DNA from: Oikopleura dioica
Taxonomy: Eukaryota; Animalia; Chordata
Direction of reading: 5' to 3'
Assembly: GCA_907165135.1 (NCBI GenBank)
Contig: OU015568.1
Coordinates: forward strand, 6,696,001 to 6,760,000
Length of the DNA: 64,000 nt
Positions 1 through 12,964 of the stretch are shown here, piece after piece. The first letter of the stretch is position 1. Each line of letters starts with the position of its first letter. The notes under the pieces were generated by a model. It was not told the DNA's origin and made no database searches. It saw nothing but the letters and a program-made list of their open reading frames with translations. The position numbers were made by a program, and so were the translations under genes.

Positions 1-492
1 AAGGATCAATCAGCTTGAAATTCCAAAGCATGAAATAAGCTTGCCAGTTGAAGGGTCTGTCAAAAACAAATTCTTGGTACTCACATGAACAATTTCGAAA
101 GTTAGACATTTTTTGCACAACAGGACAATATCTTTGTATAGGCGGACAAGTTATCGAGAGAAACAAAAATTTCAAGTGGCGAATTTGACATTTTAGCAAG
201 GGGCGAACTTGGCCTCAATTTTGACTCAAAATTTCAAAATCAAGTTATTAACCCATTTTGTTCGAAGATAAAATTAAACCAAGGGCATATTTCGGCCAAT
301 TTTGGGCCATTTTCGGCCATTTTTCGGCTATTTTCGGCCATTTTTCGATCATTTTTGCCTTTTTTCCAACCTTATCCGAATCCGTTTGTCTACATTTAAC
401 TCTGAAACAAGGAACGCCTTAGTTGCTTTTGATAACTTTTCAATTGCCCAACAAAGAACACTTAATTGAAAATATAGCTATGGTACTATCAT

Positions 493-641
493 CTTGGTAC
501 TACCAAGAAATTGATCAACGAAAACGTTTGCCTGTCATATGCCAAGACAAACGGGTTTAGTTCAAGTGCTCCCACTTTTTCCCCGCAGGTGATTGTCGTT
601 GACGCTTTTTTGCCCCTTGAAAATTGCTTGGTAGTACCAAG
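493..641. mobile_element. Small fold-back / MITE-like element
   Basis: 20-bp inverted repeats CTTGGTACTACCAAGAAATT (493-512) and AATTGCTTGGTAGTACCAAG (622-641), 1 mismatch. No clear TSD. Confidence 0.5.
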
Positions 642-759
642 TTACATAAAACCCCCGCTCAGCAATACATCGGCAGCAAACGGTTTAATTTGTGTTTTCG
701 GAAATAAACTGTGTTTCCGGCCACGTGGAAGTTCAGAGGTTGAATTTGTTCTGAATCCA

Positions 760-1179
760 GAACCGGGCAAATTTCGCGTTTATTCTAAACGCCGTTTACA
801 ACAAATACGGATTATCATCGTGGCCAGGAGCGGCGACCTTCGGCTACACATGGGTCAGGCGCAAAAGTCCGGTCAGAATGGGTTATTTTATCACAAATTG
901 TATTTTCCTCTTAGCCTTTTAAATCTCTGCTTTTTAGAACCGGCTACGCACCACCTCGAGTTCCTTCAAGATTCCCAGAAATTGGCGGAAACGGACCAGC
1001 TGGCGACACACGATCGAAGCCTGGGCTCGGCAACCTGTGTAGAAAACCTGAGTCAGGGTCTGAAAGATCTTTAATGAAAAGCCCTTTCAGATCCTGACTC
1101 AGGTTTTTTACACAGGTTGCCGAGCCCAGATCCAAGCCTTTTGATCTGGGAGACCCTTATGGAAGACGATATTGAATGA
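760..1179 (+). CDS. 3' exons of an unidentified multi-exon gene entering from the window start; the last exon is interrupted by a MITE
   Basis: Acceptor-like sites at ~760 and ~938. After removing 1021-1137, one frame reads ...LAETDQLATHDRS-LLIWETLMEDDIE*. The true frame and upstream exons are not resolved. Confidence 0.35.
1021..1129. mobile_element. MITE, CTGGGCTC family, copy 1
   Basis: ~45-bp TIRs CTGGGCTCGGCAACCTGTGTAGAAAACCTGAGTCAGG... 8-bp TSD ATCGAAGC/ATCCAAGC (1 mismatch). Confidence 0.9.
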
Positions 1180-1980
1180 CCCCCCTCCCTTAAATTTCGA
1201 CTGTGTATTTCAAAACTTTTTCTCTGAAATTATTGCCTTTCTCTGAACTTTTCGAAATAAAAAAAATCTGATGAGACTTCAAGTGTAGTTGACCTTATTT
1301 CTAGGATCCCAACTTGTTTTGGTGATAATTTATAATAATTTGTCTAATGCAAAACTAATGATAAGGAGGGCTCATTTCTGTGAAAAAGTGGTAGTAAGTT
1401 CCAATGGTAGTGGCTCTAGTTCACGATCACATGATTGGAGAGTGCGATTAGCCTCCGTGTACATCCGGGATCATCCTTGTTGATAATCGCGCGTCGTCCA
1501 CCCTGAGCTGTCTTGTTTTCGCTGATGAGCGCAGCAGTCTCATAATAGCCAACCCTAACCGTCACAACAAATTGCCAAGGTCACCGAAGCCACTCCACTC
1601 TCCCCGTCAGCCCAACTTTCTAAAAGCAAATAATCATCATTGAAAAGAAGAACAAAAAAAGCAATCAGCCAACTTCCGACTTTGCCCTTATTACCGCTTC
1701 GAACTTTTTTCAAAAGTTTTTTTCAAAGAAAAAAAATGTTTTTCGAAATCTCAAAATTTCAAATTTCAACTATTTATTTGAAACATTCGGTAATTGTTTC
1801 TGGTGTTTACTAGAGCACAGCTTAGCTTATAATTCTTCAAGCGACACGTTTTACGCTGGTCATTGCCTTGGAGTCAAATATTTAGTGACAAAAGAAAAGC
1901 ATTCTCTAAAAACAATTTATTCTAACTGACCGGTATCTCACAGCTGTCTCAGCTTTTTTTAGAATCGTAGCTCTTAGATT

Positions 1981-2084
1981 TTGGCTCAAAAACCTGTGTA
2001 GAAAACCTGAGTCAGGATCTGAAAGAAATAACAAGCATCATTTAGACCCTGACTCAGGTTTTCGACACAGATTTTTGAGCTAGT
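1981..2084. mobile_element. MITE, CTGGGCTC family, copy 2 (diverged)
   Basis: Same AACCTGTGTAGAAAACCTGAGTCAGG arms in inverted orientation. TSD not recognisable. Confidence 0.8.
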
Positions 2085-2373
2085 TATTTATAAAAAAATA
2101 CAGTAATTCAATTTTTCTTTACTGTCAAAAAATTTCCTCGAAAAAAATGTATTTTTGTTTGAATAAAACACTTGATCCTTGAATCGCTTCTTTCATCATC
2201 TTTATTGCCATAATTATTCAATTATTTATAATTGAAATAATGGCATTTTGATTTTGCTGTCAAAGCGAAAAAGTAGGCGCGTCGCCACGAAAAATCATTC
2301 GGGTGCACCAGCGCACAGATCGTGATTACGAAGTACGAGCGCCACCATTTTCCCGCACGAGCGCGCGTTCCGT

Positions 2374-2383
2374 TATATATAAG
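2374..2383 (+). promoter_or_regulatory. Candidate TATA box
   Basis: TATATATAAG ~40 nt upstream of ATG 2419, after a GC-rich stretch. Confidence 0.45.
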
Positions 2384-2418
2384 AAACTAGACGGGGAGGG
2401 AGACGATAAACCCGCTCG

Positions 2419-4118
2419 ATGATGAGTTTTTTTACTAAATTTGTTACGCTCGCTTCACTCGCCGCAGCATCTGTTCCTGCAAAGGTACTAAAGAGAATTG
2501 AACCGATGAATTGAAAATTTCAAGAATCAGAATTTCTGAAAACTACGACTAAAGAGAAAATAACAAGCCTAGAAAAAGGTCCTATTTGTTGACTTAGGAT
2601 AAGAAAAATGAATAAATTTTTCTGATTAGGATTCAATAAGGGTCTTTATTTCATAGTAAAAGGTTAATAAGGGTCTGAATTTGAAGGTTACGATATAAAA
2701 AAGAGCGATTTTATTAGATAATTTATTAAATTTTACGCTATAAAATTCATTTTTTATGAAAAAATTGGGAAACACGAGCGTTTTTTTTAATTTTTCATCA
2801 TGTTTTTCAGGTTTCAGATCTGGAAGAATGCGTAGCTGGTGGCCAGTCAAACACCTGCCACGACCTGAGCGATAAATGGTCGAAAACCAACAGTTGGACC
2901 TGCAGAGCTTGCTTCAACATTCGCGTCCACTACAACATGCGTTCGATTTCCAGACAATGGGCGAACAACTTCAATGCTCGAAGAAGCTCAGTCGTCATCG
3001 CTCTCACCTCCAGAGTTTCATTTGACAAAGTTGCAGCACCAATCGATGGTCGGGCCGAATCCATCATCGAACTCGGCTACGACGCGGACGGAAACTACCT
3101 CTTCAGACTGGAGTTCCAGAATTCCTTCAACCCAGGAAACGACGAAGTCGACTTCAATATAGGTTAGTTAGAGAATCTCTCATTTCTCAAATCAACACTC
3201 TCCTTTTTCCGAATTTTCCCACGCCCTCGAAATTGGAAATCCCCGCCCGTGGAGAGGAATATTGAGAGTCTACCGGAAATCGCTTCTCGTAGCAGCATTA
3301 GTACAGATTTTCAAAATCAAAAACACAGTCTGTAGGGATGGGAAAATACAGTTGTAAAAGCACTTCAAAACTTACTTTTTTCGTTAAGAATATCAAGAGC
3401 GAGAGGGAAGTGCCTCCGTGGCCTACATCTGGTCCTGCGATTGTCGAGATTCTGCTGCTAGAGAAATCGAAGAAACCACCACTATCTCTTCCACAACTTC
3501 GCCAACGACCACTACTACGCCGACCACAACTTCGATTACGACTACGACCACAAGTTTGTCGACTAAATCAAAGAACGAAGATGGAATCCCATGCTCCGAT
3601 ATCTACCAGGTCTTCCCAGATAGTGCTGATGTCTCAGGAGAGGTTCAAAAAAGAGAGCATTTTTTAAGGAAGATTATATTTAAAAAAACCTCGACTCAGG
3701 AAGCTGGAATTGCGAAAACAACACCGACGAGCTGCGCCGATGGCGGTGCAACTTCGTCTGCGACGACCTCTACAACACTAAGGCCACTACAGTTTGTATT
3801 AAAAACCATAAAATGCTCGAAGAGGGCGATGACGTATTTGTCTGGACTGACATTAGACGCGGTAGATTTGACTGCAATTCTTGCTCAGTCCCCGCCGCGT
3901 ATGAGCAATTTACTATTAACCCGCTCGAGGACGGCAGTGTGCCCGAACTCGTGTGCTCTTTGAACACGGAAAAGAATAGCCACATTAGAACTTGTAAACT
4001 TAACTGCCCCGCCGGCATGACATCAAAGCACGAGCTAAAATGCAGAAATAACGGAGGATGGCGAATGTCGCGTGGTGGCGCAAAAAGCCGCGTCAGCAGG
4101 ACTCTCTTCTGCAAATGA
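2419..4118 (+). CDS. Secreted Cys-rich protein with a Thr-rich stalk and two divergent CCP/sushi-like modules (oikosin-like candidate)
   Basis: Signal peptide MMSFFTKFVTLASLAAAS, exon with W..TNSWTCRACF, poly-Thr linker (3470-3560), C-terminal modules GSWNC...CNFVC and IRTCKLNC...KCRNNGGW. GT-AG introns join in frame. Confidence 0.7.
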
Positions 4119-4404
4119 GGAGCCAACTGGACGACGACACACTTAGAAGAACACCGCTTCAATTTCAATTTTGTACACATTCATACTTTCAACCCTGTAA
4201 ATAAATCTTTCAAATAATCTTTTCAAATAGTCGTTTTTCTTTTTGAGTTCATATGTAAAGATCAAATGCATTAATGACGCCTGAAATGAGTAAATATTAC
4301 GGTGGAAACTCCAGATTTCCCTAGGAAAGGTTTCCTACGTTTAGTGCTCCTCAAACTTCAATTCTATATAATCTGCTGGTTTTGACCATCTTTTTCAAAA
4401 AAGT

Positions 4405-5934
4405 ATGAAAAAACTTGCTCTCTTTTTCGTTTCGACAGTGTTTTCAACGCTGTCAAGCGAAATTTCAAATCATGTGATTGACGAAAAAACTCAAACAAGA
4501 GATATTGCGTCGACAGCTTCCTATCCTGAACATATTTATCTCGAATCATCACTTGATATTTGCGAGTTCGAAGTGTTTCCTTTCCCGAAGTTTTATTTAA
4601 AAGAAGGAGACATTATTTATATCCAGTCACCAGGATATCCTAAAAACTTTACTCAGATACATTGGTGCGAATTACACTTTTACTCGAATGAAAGTTTGGT
4701 TGTTCAATTTCACGATATAGAAATGGCTAACCCCTCTCCAAGTACCCATTCTTGCTATTGGAGTTCCCATTATGTTCTTGTCGGTAACGATTACTTTTGC
4801 GGCCATTTCAATTCAATTGTAAGTCATTAAAGAATTTGGACTTGAGGATTACAACTTCATTAAATAAAAGTCATTAAGGAGGGGGGTCGACGAGAATTTT
4901 TTTAAGGGTGATCGTAATTTCGCGTGGTCTGCGTATAAATCATATATTTTGGAATCTACAGATTCTCACGAATCTGTTGAGCCTATAATCATTTGATGAA
5001 AATAACATTTAGGGGGTGAAATTAGCAAAATTGTAAAAAAAAAATGAACATTTTTGGTACATTTTCGCGAAAATGGCCCTACTTTGACGGGATTTTGGAC
5101 CGATTTATTCTGGCCTAAAATTTTTCTACTTTTCGCCGGTTAATTTTTTCAACTCTTTTTTATTCGGCAATAAATTCAGATTTCGCCTATCTTATCAGGT
5201 TTTCCCACATTTTTGGTCACGAAAATCCCGATTCTCGTCGATCCCCCCGCCTTAAGTTATTGATAATTTCTAATAGCCTCCGAAAATTGTAAAGCCCGCA
5301 CTGGATGGAAATGAGGCATCATTATTGATACGTTTCTATAATTCTTATCACGAAGGAAAATTTCAGTTGAGCATAAAAAGCGAAACAACCACTGATATTC
5401 ATTACCGTGGATCCTATAATATTTGCTCAGGTTCGCTGAACAACAGTTTGGAATTGACAAACGACAAAGATTACATTACAATTCATTCCCCAAACTACCC
5501 GCAAGTCTACGAGTTTTGGATAAACTGTATAGCTCAAATCAAGTCGAATTTAATGCTTACCTTAATATTTCACGATTTCCAATTTTACAATTTTCCACCC
5601 TGCTCGGTATATCTGTCAATAAATGATGTAAAATACTGTGGACATGACATTGTAAGTGTAAAAAATAAGCAAAATTGCGTGAACTATCTAATAAAATAAA
5701 CGTGTTTAGCCCGAACCAATTATAATAAACTCTTCTCCGAATATGACTCAATTCGACTTGGATTTCAACACAAGGAGCGACTGGTTTTTACCAGGTAGAG
5801 GATTCAATCTGACGATAAGAGCTGACGACCCTGATCTCATCTCTGAGATTCCAGATCCAGAAGAAGATAGCACAAAAATCTCGATGTTGTCAATTATGCT
5901 ATTGATTCTACCCATATTTTTTACTTTTTTCTGA
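4405..5934 (+). CDS. Membrane- or GPI-anchored protein with two CUB-like domains
   Basis: Signal peptide, two IxSPxYP...C motifs (IQSPGYPKNF, IHSPNYPQVY), FCG/YCG motifs, hydrophobic C-terminus MLSIMLLILPIFFTFF. Confidence 0.8.
4878..5251. mobile_element. TTAA-flanked MITE in an intron of the CUB gene
   Basis: TIRs GGAGGGGGGTCGACGAGAAT / ATTCTCGTCGATCCCCCCGCC, flanked by TTAA at 4874-4877 and 5252-5255. Confidence 0.8.
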
Positions 5935-6307
5935 TTCAAAAATAAATCTGATTTTGTTTTTAATATTAGGTTCGTATTCGCGAAAATAATAGCGCTTTAT
6001 TTCCAGCATCGGCACTCATTTTTCCCGACGCAATTGTTCGGCCAGAAGCCGCGGACATTTCTCTCATTCTCGTAGATCAAAAAAACCCCTTGCAAATCGG
6101 CTGCGCAAAGTTGAACTTGCTCGCTTCGCAACCACAAATCGTTTCTGGCTTCAAGCCCTTATCACACAAACATAGAACAGTACCAACAAGATTGTGTCCA
6201 TAATTCTCGAGGAAATGACAAGCGCTTACGATTCAGTTGCTGAAACCACTTTCGCACTAATTTGCTCCTCGAATTTTTCAATAGAACGGACCCATCAACG
6301 GGTGGCG

Positions 6308-6564
6308 GGCGCTGAGGTTATGCCATAACCAGGTTATGCATTTGCATGGATTTTGCATAACCTGGTTATGCATTCTCGATTTAAATTGGAGCAATTTGAG
6401 GCTAAATTGGTTCCAAAAGACTTAAAAACGATGTTTTCTCTAAGATCAGGCGCGAAGCGCACTTGAACTATCTGTTACATATCAATTAATATGATTTTTA
6501 TTAAGAGTGCATAACCTGGTTATGCATTTGCATAACCTGGTTATGCATGCATAACCTCAGCGCC
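6308..6564. mobile_element. MITE with repeated GCATAACCTGGTTATGC near-palindromes
   Basis: 16-bp perfect TIR GGCGCTGAGGTTATGC / GCATAACCTCAGCGCC. Several internal palindromic copies near both ends. Confidence 0.75.
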
Positions 6565-6861
6565 ATACACCCCCATCAAGACCTTCTGATTACGCTTTCA
6601 GATACAGACGATCTACTCATGAGATTTTTAAGATCGGAATCATGGAAGACTCATCCTAGATCTGTTTTAAAATTCGAAGATCTGATTCGCTTAAAATAAT
6701 TTTGGACTCCGCTTTTCATGGATAATAAAATATCAAATAAATAATTACCTGAGCTCCTTGAAATAAACGATGATTGAAATGCTATTAAAAAGGAATCCCT
6801 GAATCGCTCGAAATCGTAACAATTTAATCGAAATTTATCAGAGGTCTGATCGTGAAAGAGA

Positions 6862-9339
6862 ATGATATTTTATGTCTTTTTACATGTGCTTATTAGTCCT
6901 TTCGTTTCGCAATCAGCAGAAGGGTCAGCAGAAACACCAGAAAACGATCAAATCGATAATGTTGTGAATGACAATTTCATTGAGATCGAATACTCAATAA
7001 TCATCGAAATGAAGTTTTCATTGATACCCGGCTTGATTTCAAATGAACTATTTGAATTGAGCTCGAATATAGACTATGACGAAGGCAATGATGGTATGCG
7101 TGATGTCTACAAGAGCTTTGTTGCTGCCAATTCTTCTCTTGCAAGCGAATTTTCCGCCATGTATACAAATCTTACTGGAGAAGACGAAGAGAACTTCAAC
7201 GGCTTATTGATATTGAGATTCTCTGCCGCTCGCCAAACCGGTAAGAAACGAAAACGTTCAGAAGAAGAAGACTATGATGTCTCTGTTACAATCGCTGCTG
7301 GGTTCGAGCTGAATAAGAAATACCTGATTCCCTTCAATGTGAGCAAAAAGTGTAGCGACCCAGTCAAGATTGATTTTAATGGAATTGATAAAGGATCCAG
7401 GGACGCAATAGGTTGTGATCTCGCAGAGAATGCAAGTTCTTTGGAAAAAATGGCAAGAACTGCAATCAACGAAGCAATATCTGAGATCGACATTGTGAAG
7501 GGGCCACCTTCGCTGGTCATATATTCGGAACCGGGGACATTTCTTATTACAGAACTGAATTACAGAGCTGGTGAAGATGTGAATGGCCGAGCGATCATCT
7601 ACAATCCTGTTAATACCGGAAAAACGAGAAATGAAAAGCTGAGTGAAAACCAAGGAAAAGGTTGTCTACCTGGTTGACTGGTACAAATTTAAACGGGAGT
7701 AACTGAATATCGCCGCCTCGTGCCGCCTCGCGCCGCTTCGCGCCACTCAGTGCTTCTTGGAAGTTGATCGTTAAAACCCTCATAAAAGTCCAAGTCCGAG
7801 CAATTTTCTACAGAGACCAAGATCATTCTGAACTTCTGAACGCTTGCAAAGATGCTGCAGAACTGCTTGAGAACAAAAATTCAAGGAAAAAGTCAATCTT
7901 GATCCTCAAACTTGAAGTTCTGCAAAATGACTTTTGACAAGTTACGTTTTCCGCAAAGATTTTATTTATTGCAATCTGTTGAACACTGCACTTGTCAAGC
8001 CCAAAGATTTATGCTTCGAACAATCCGAGCTGCTGACCGTCACTTTTAGTCTTCGGTCAAAAATCGAAGTCAACGAAGTCATTTTTAAAGACAATCTGAA
8101 AGAAAAGCTTTACAAGCTGGAATTATTTAAGATCGTTCCTTATTCTCCCGAAACAGAAAAGTATTTCGCGGTGCAATTGACATCTGTTATTGTTGTCATT
8201 ATTGGCGGAATCGCCCTTATAGTTGCAAATATCCGGAAAGAAGGAAGGTTTACATTATTTCACTCATTTATGTTCGGCCTTATGAGGGTTTTTGACATTT
8301 ATCCTGACGTTTACGCTTGGTACGAGTACAATACAGATCCGAAAGTCGCAGTTGCTGTCAATCAAATCGTCTCAACGTTTTTGATCGGTAAAATTAAATT
8401 GCTTACCCTCATTTTGTCTTTAATAGTTTCATAAGTTTTCAGCGTTTTGAAGCAAATAAATTTCATTGTTACTATAAGCTTGGTGTTCCTCAAGGATAAA
8501 TTGGAAAGAAGAAACAGTTCGATAATGAAGAAAGTATTCAGTCTTGTTGTTGAAACGAGCCTTTTGATGCTTATCTTTGGCAATGTTCAAAAGTTTTTGC
8601 TTTATTTTTATGTTGGATTCGTAAAATCAGCCTTTTTTAACCATGAAATCTTAACCCGTTGGCGAGCGGTAGTCTTAAAAATGCTTTCCACGCCAATAAC
8701 TATGCCGTATTTCGAGCCTCCGGGCATGTCGTAGCAGCGAAACTGCCACGCGCACGGCAACGGGCTAAGTTTTAAATTTCTGAATCTTATAAAAAGATGG
8801 GACGAAATATGATCCCAGGCAGTCAAATTACCGCTGCTTTCTGGCTCTCCTTGCTTTCAAATATTATTGCTTTCTTGGCAACAATGATCGAGTTTTTTGC
8901 TTCAACGTTGTTCCCGAAAATTGGTTTGAAAAAATGGCTAGAGTTCCACAACAAGCAGAAAAAGCTGAAAAAAACCTACAAATTTTGGTCGACGAAAATG
9001 GGTTTGCTTTTTCTTGGAATGCAGTTTGTAAATCTGATTTGTTCTGTTCTCGAACTAATACAGGTTCAAATCGTTGACAGCTGTGTGGAAATCATTGATG
9101 GCATCAACAAAGAGGAAGAGGTAGAAAAGACTTTGTTTTGCAGAATATTTGCCCCGAACACAACTTGGCATCGAGAGCGATTGCAAGAAAATGGGCTCTG
9201 TGTTCAAAATCAATTGACTGAAAAGTGTGATTGCAATGAATGCGACTTCCAAACTGTAGTTTGTCCATTTTGGCCTGCTTGCTCGAGCATAATTGAGTAT
9301 TTTTCTATAGGACAGTTTTCTTTAATTTATGACTTTTAG
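6862..9339 (+). CDS. Multi-pass membrane protein with signal peptide and SEA-like ectodomain (unknown family)
   Basis: ORFs 6862-7677, 7934-8434, 8447-8734 and 8797-9339 are separated by short intron-like gaps and contain several hydrophobic segments and a Cys-rich C-terminal region. The SEA-like call is tentative. Confidence 0.6.
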
Positions 9340-9722
9340 AGCAGTTGTTCAAGTAGAGATTTATTGTCTCTGATTATGAAAACAAAGAAAAGCTTTCCAC
9401 GGAATTTCCTTACTTTGTGGACTCGTCATTTTCTTAGGTCCACGTCAGAAAAATACTAACTTTGAAGATGTTGTAAGAAAAAGGAAGCAGAGAACAAAAA
9501 AAGAAGTCTGATTAAACTTGTAATTTGTCTATTTTTAAATACTAATGTACTAGAATGCTTTTGTACAGACTAGTGAAAAACGATCACTGTGAATAAATGT
9601 TTAGGTTTGAACCCAGTTAGCTTCTGTGTAAATTCTGATTAATTTGTGTGATTTTCTAATTCCCGTTTCTTCTTCAAATAAGGCTTGCATTCCAATCATT
9701 CCAAAAAATCACTTATCTTAGG

Positions 9723-10650
9723 ATGAAGAGATTGTTAGTTTTGCTCGTTTTTCTCATCGAAAATTCTAGTGCTTGCTCTGCATTGAACGAGCAGTTCATT
9801 GGAAATATCACTTCAACTGATGGAGAATCGGCAGTTGAAGTAGTTAACCCTCTGAGTTGCGCTCATCTGTCACCGAAGGTTACCTCTTTGATAATGGAGC
9901 TTCGAAGAGGTATATTTTTATACAAGAAAATGCTAGTGATAATAAACAACTTCTACGTGTAGCAAAACGGCTGCTTCGAAAACTGAGGAGCAACCACAAA
10001 GAGGCTTCCTTAAAATGCGAAACAGAAAACAAAATCACAAAATATGAGCTTGAGAAACAACTTGAAGAATGCCAAGAAGACGATGGAAGACAACCAGAAC
10101 CTAAGGCAAATATTTTTGCCTTCCTTGAGTATTATTTTCTTTAAGAACTCGACAAGCAATGAGCTTATTCAAAAGTACGTCCGAGAAAGTGAGCAATTCA
10201 AAGCAATAGAAGAAGAGCGACGTAACCTTTCGGAAAGTCTTCAGCTTCAAAATTCTAGTGCACGAGCTTGAATCTTCTTGAATAGATGATTGTGATAGTT
10301 ATTTTCGAGCTTTTTAAAGAAACGATGATTTGCAAGAAGAGCTGCTTTATTGGCAATAAAAATACGAAAATTGCTCTTCAAGAGAAACGAAAGCAAGGCT
10401 TGATGCCGACTGGAATCTAAAGAAGAAGAAAGAGCGAACTGGTGTCTATCTAGCCGCCATCGAAAATATTACAGAAATTATTTCCCGTGCTGCTGCGGAA
10501 AATGAGGTTTCAATACTTTTTTGAATACGCATCTTCAACCATTTTATTTTAGGAATTGAATGGAAAGTCTGTAATAACTGAAGCAACGCGGAGTGAGTTA
10601 CCGAGGGACCTTGAAGATTCCTTGAAGATTCGAAACTTGTTAAAGATACC
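9723..10650 (+). CDS. Secreted coiled-coil protein
   Basis: Signal peptide MKRLLVLLVFLIENSSA and heptad-rich exons. Includes a GC-AG intron at 10106-10145. 3' end approximate. Confidence 0.55.
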
Positions 10651-10832
10651 AAAAAACTGCTTCACCAACATCAATATATTTTTAAATAAATAGCCCTTGA
10701 GCAATTCAGTTGATTGTTTTGCTCGTGATTGATTTTAAAAGTTTCCACAGCTTCAGAATGATTGTTCAAATAATACTTTCTGTATCTTCTCACGATAACC
10801 CCAAGTACAAGACCTTTCTTACCTTGAGCAAG

Positions 10833-11460
10833 ATGAAAGAACTGCTCATCTTGCTCGTTTCTTTCTCAGAGAAATCTTGCTTCGGCCACAATTTGAATCG
10901 AAATTTTACTATGTCTTATTCTACGAGCATCAATTTCCAGGTAGAAATCAATCTAGTGATGTAGTGGTATAATTTATACCGTATAAATATCTTTTGCTTC
11001 CAAGGAATTGAAAGAGGATAGCAACAGAACCTGTGTCCATTTCCATCAAATCCTCTGGGAAGAAAACTATTCATCTTACGATAGCTCCTGGTACGATGGC
11101 GGATTCTACCGAATAATCGAAGCAAAAGAAGCTTGCTCAAAACTTGGCGGAGAACTTGCTTTTTATGAGAACGAAGAAGAGCACGAAAAATTCAGAGAAG
11201 CTGCTTCACACTGGCCTTATGCTTTCTGGGTCGGCTTCTTTCGCTCTGGCGATTCCTGGAAAAACGTGAGGGAACGTGAGATCGTACCGGAAAAGACAGT
11301 TCTGGATTGGCAATGGGGAAGACCGCGATATAATGGCAGTGAAGGGGAAAATTGCGTTCATACGAATAAATCGGGCAATGGAAAGCTGGAAGACTCAAAA
11401 TGCTTCTTTCGAGATGGCTATCGAGCTTTGTGCAGATTTGAAACTAATGGAGACTGTTAA
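10833..11460 (+). CDS. Secreted C-type lectin domain protein
   Basis: Signal-like MKELLILLVSFSEKSCFG; CTLD motifs EAKEACSKLGGELA, FWVG, W..GRP, ENCVH, LEDSKC, ALC. Confidence 0.85.
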
Positions 11461-11621
11461 TAGAAAAATACAAAAAAAATCCCCAGACCTTCGCTCTTTC
11501 TTTCGTTCTCCGCAGCTTCTAACTTGCCAATAGTGAGTCGTTCAATCGTCAATATTTGCTTCTTCTGTTAGACTTGCCTTTTGACCTCATTTTGAAATTG
11601 ACTGCTGAGAGAATTGAGAGA

Positions 11622-12733
11622 ATGGAGATCATTTGCGCCGGTTTTCCGAAAACATCTTCGAAGAGCTGTTCCTCTTGTCTCCGGTTTATTAATACTCAAA
11701 AGTAGACCATTACTATGATTCTACTTCAGGACGCTTGGATACAAAGTAGCAGACGTCATTGAAACCCAAGAATTTTTATCTGATGTTTGGGTTGAATATT
11801 TGGAAGGGCGATGTCCTATTCGACGAGTTATAGAAGAATACAGGAAGCATGGCTTTCAGGGTTTGTGGTGTTGAGAGAGGCGATTTGGAAGTTATTTTTG
11901 TTAAGCGAATCAAGACGTTCCGGGCAATATTTACTGGGAAGAACTTTATCATGCATCGCCAAATGCAAAGGCACGAACTATTCGAACCAATTGAAATTTA
12001 ATAAGATTAAAAGGTTATCCTGACTGTGAGAGACAACATAGAAGTCTGGAGAAAAAGTCTGACTTCATTTATGGAGCAAGAATCAGAGCGCTACGGAAAC
12101 CCTGGGTTTTGGCTGTTTCATAGATTCAATGCTTTGGGTTGGACGAGTCCGAGAATGAAAAACATGGTCAAGATAATGGAGGTGCGTATCATGGAATTGA
12201 TTGAATTTTGAGTCTTGTTTAGTTCATCTTGCGAAATCACTTTTTTCGCAACTGCTTCGTGGCAACATTTCCAGCCGACTGGAAAGTTTTCACGTGGCAG
12301 CAGCAAAACAAACTGATCATGCCTTATTGGGAGGCGATGGAGGACAACTACGAAGCCCACATTCGTCGCATCAAAGAAACCGTCCCAAAAGAAAGGCTCC
12401 TCATCTGGAATATCAAGGAAGGATGGGAGCCCTTATGCAAGTTTCTTGATAAACCTGTGCCGAACATCCCGATTCCGGTTTGATTTTTGAAGATTTTTTG
12501 AGCTAAGCACGCAATTTAAGCATGACAACAAGACAGGAGATATCGAATACATGCAGAAATATTTCCAAGAAAGTGCTGTTGGAAAAGAAATATTTGCATA
12601 CATGAAGTGGTATTTTGCCAAGTTCTTGGTGAAATCAGCGCTCATCACTGGAGCTCTCATCTACGAGAAGAAGACTGATTTCAGAATCACGAAGTCGATC
12701 TTTTCCTTCTTGCGGACAAAATTACAATTATAA
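11622..12733 (+). CDS. P-loop sulfotransferase-like protein (Sulfotransfer_4 / PF17784-type)
   Basis: IICAGFPKTSSKS P-loop, DVPGNIYWEELY, KVILTVRD, VPKERLLIWNIKEGWEPLCKFLDKPVP. Five short introns, one GC-AG (11971-12013). Confidence 0.85.
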
Positions 12734-12964
12734 TCATTCAATAAAAAATCCCTTGAATATATTTTTATTTGATAACAGCTGCGATAGACAATTATTTGTC
12801 AATATTTATACCGTGTCCTCAGATGTTGATATTTCACCGGGAAATCTTGATCATCAATTATTTTGACAAAACCATCCTGACCTTTTCCTTGGTGAATATT
12901 TTGAGAGTCTTTCGTTGAGAATTTTACTTTTCATTCACAATTTCTGACGAAGAAATAAGAGAAA

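Noticed and set aside
285-365. TTTTCGGCCA tandem repeats
   Set aside because: Short degenerate intronic repeat with no clear TIR or TSD; not enough to call an element.
511-1074. 187-aa ORF as a single-exon gene
   Set aside because: Runs through a fold-back element, intron-like sequence and a MITE arm.
6440-6470. GCGCGAAGCGC hairpin as a Helitron 3' end
   Set aside because: No CTRR terminus and no matching 5' TC/A-T target identified.
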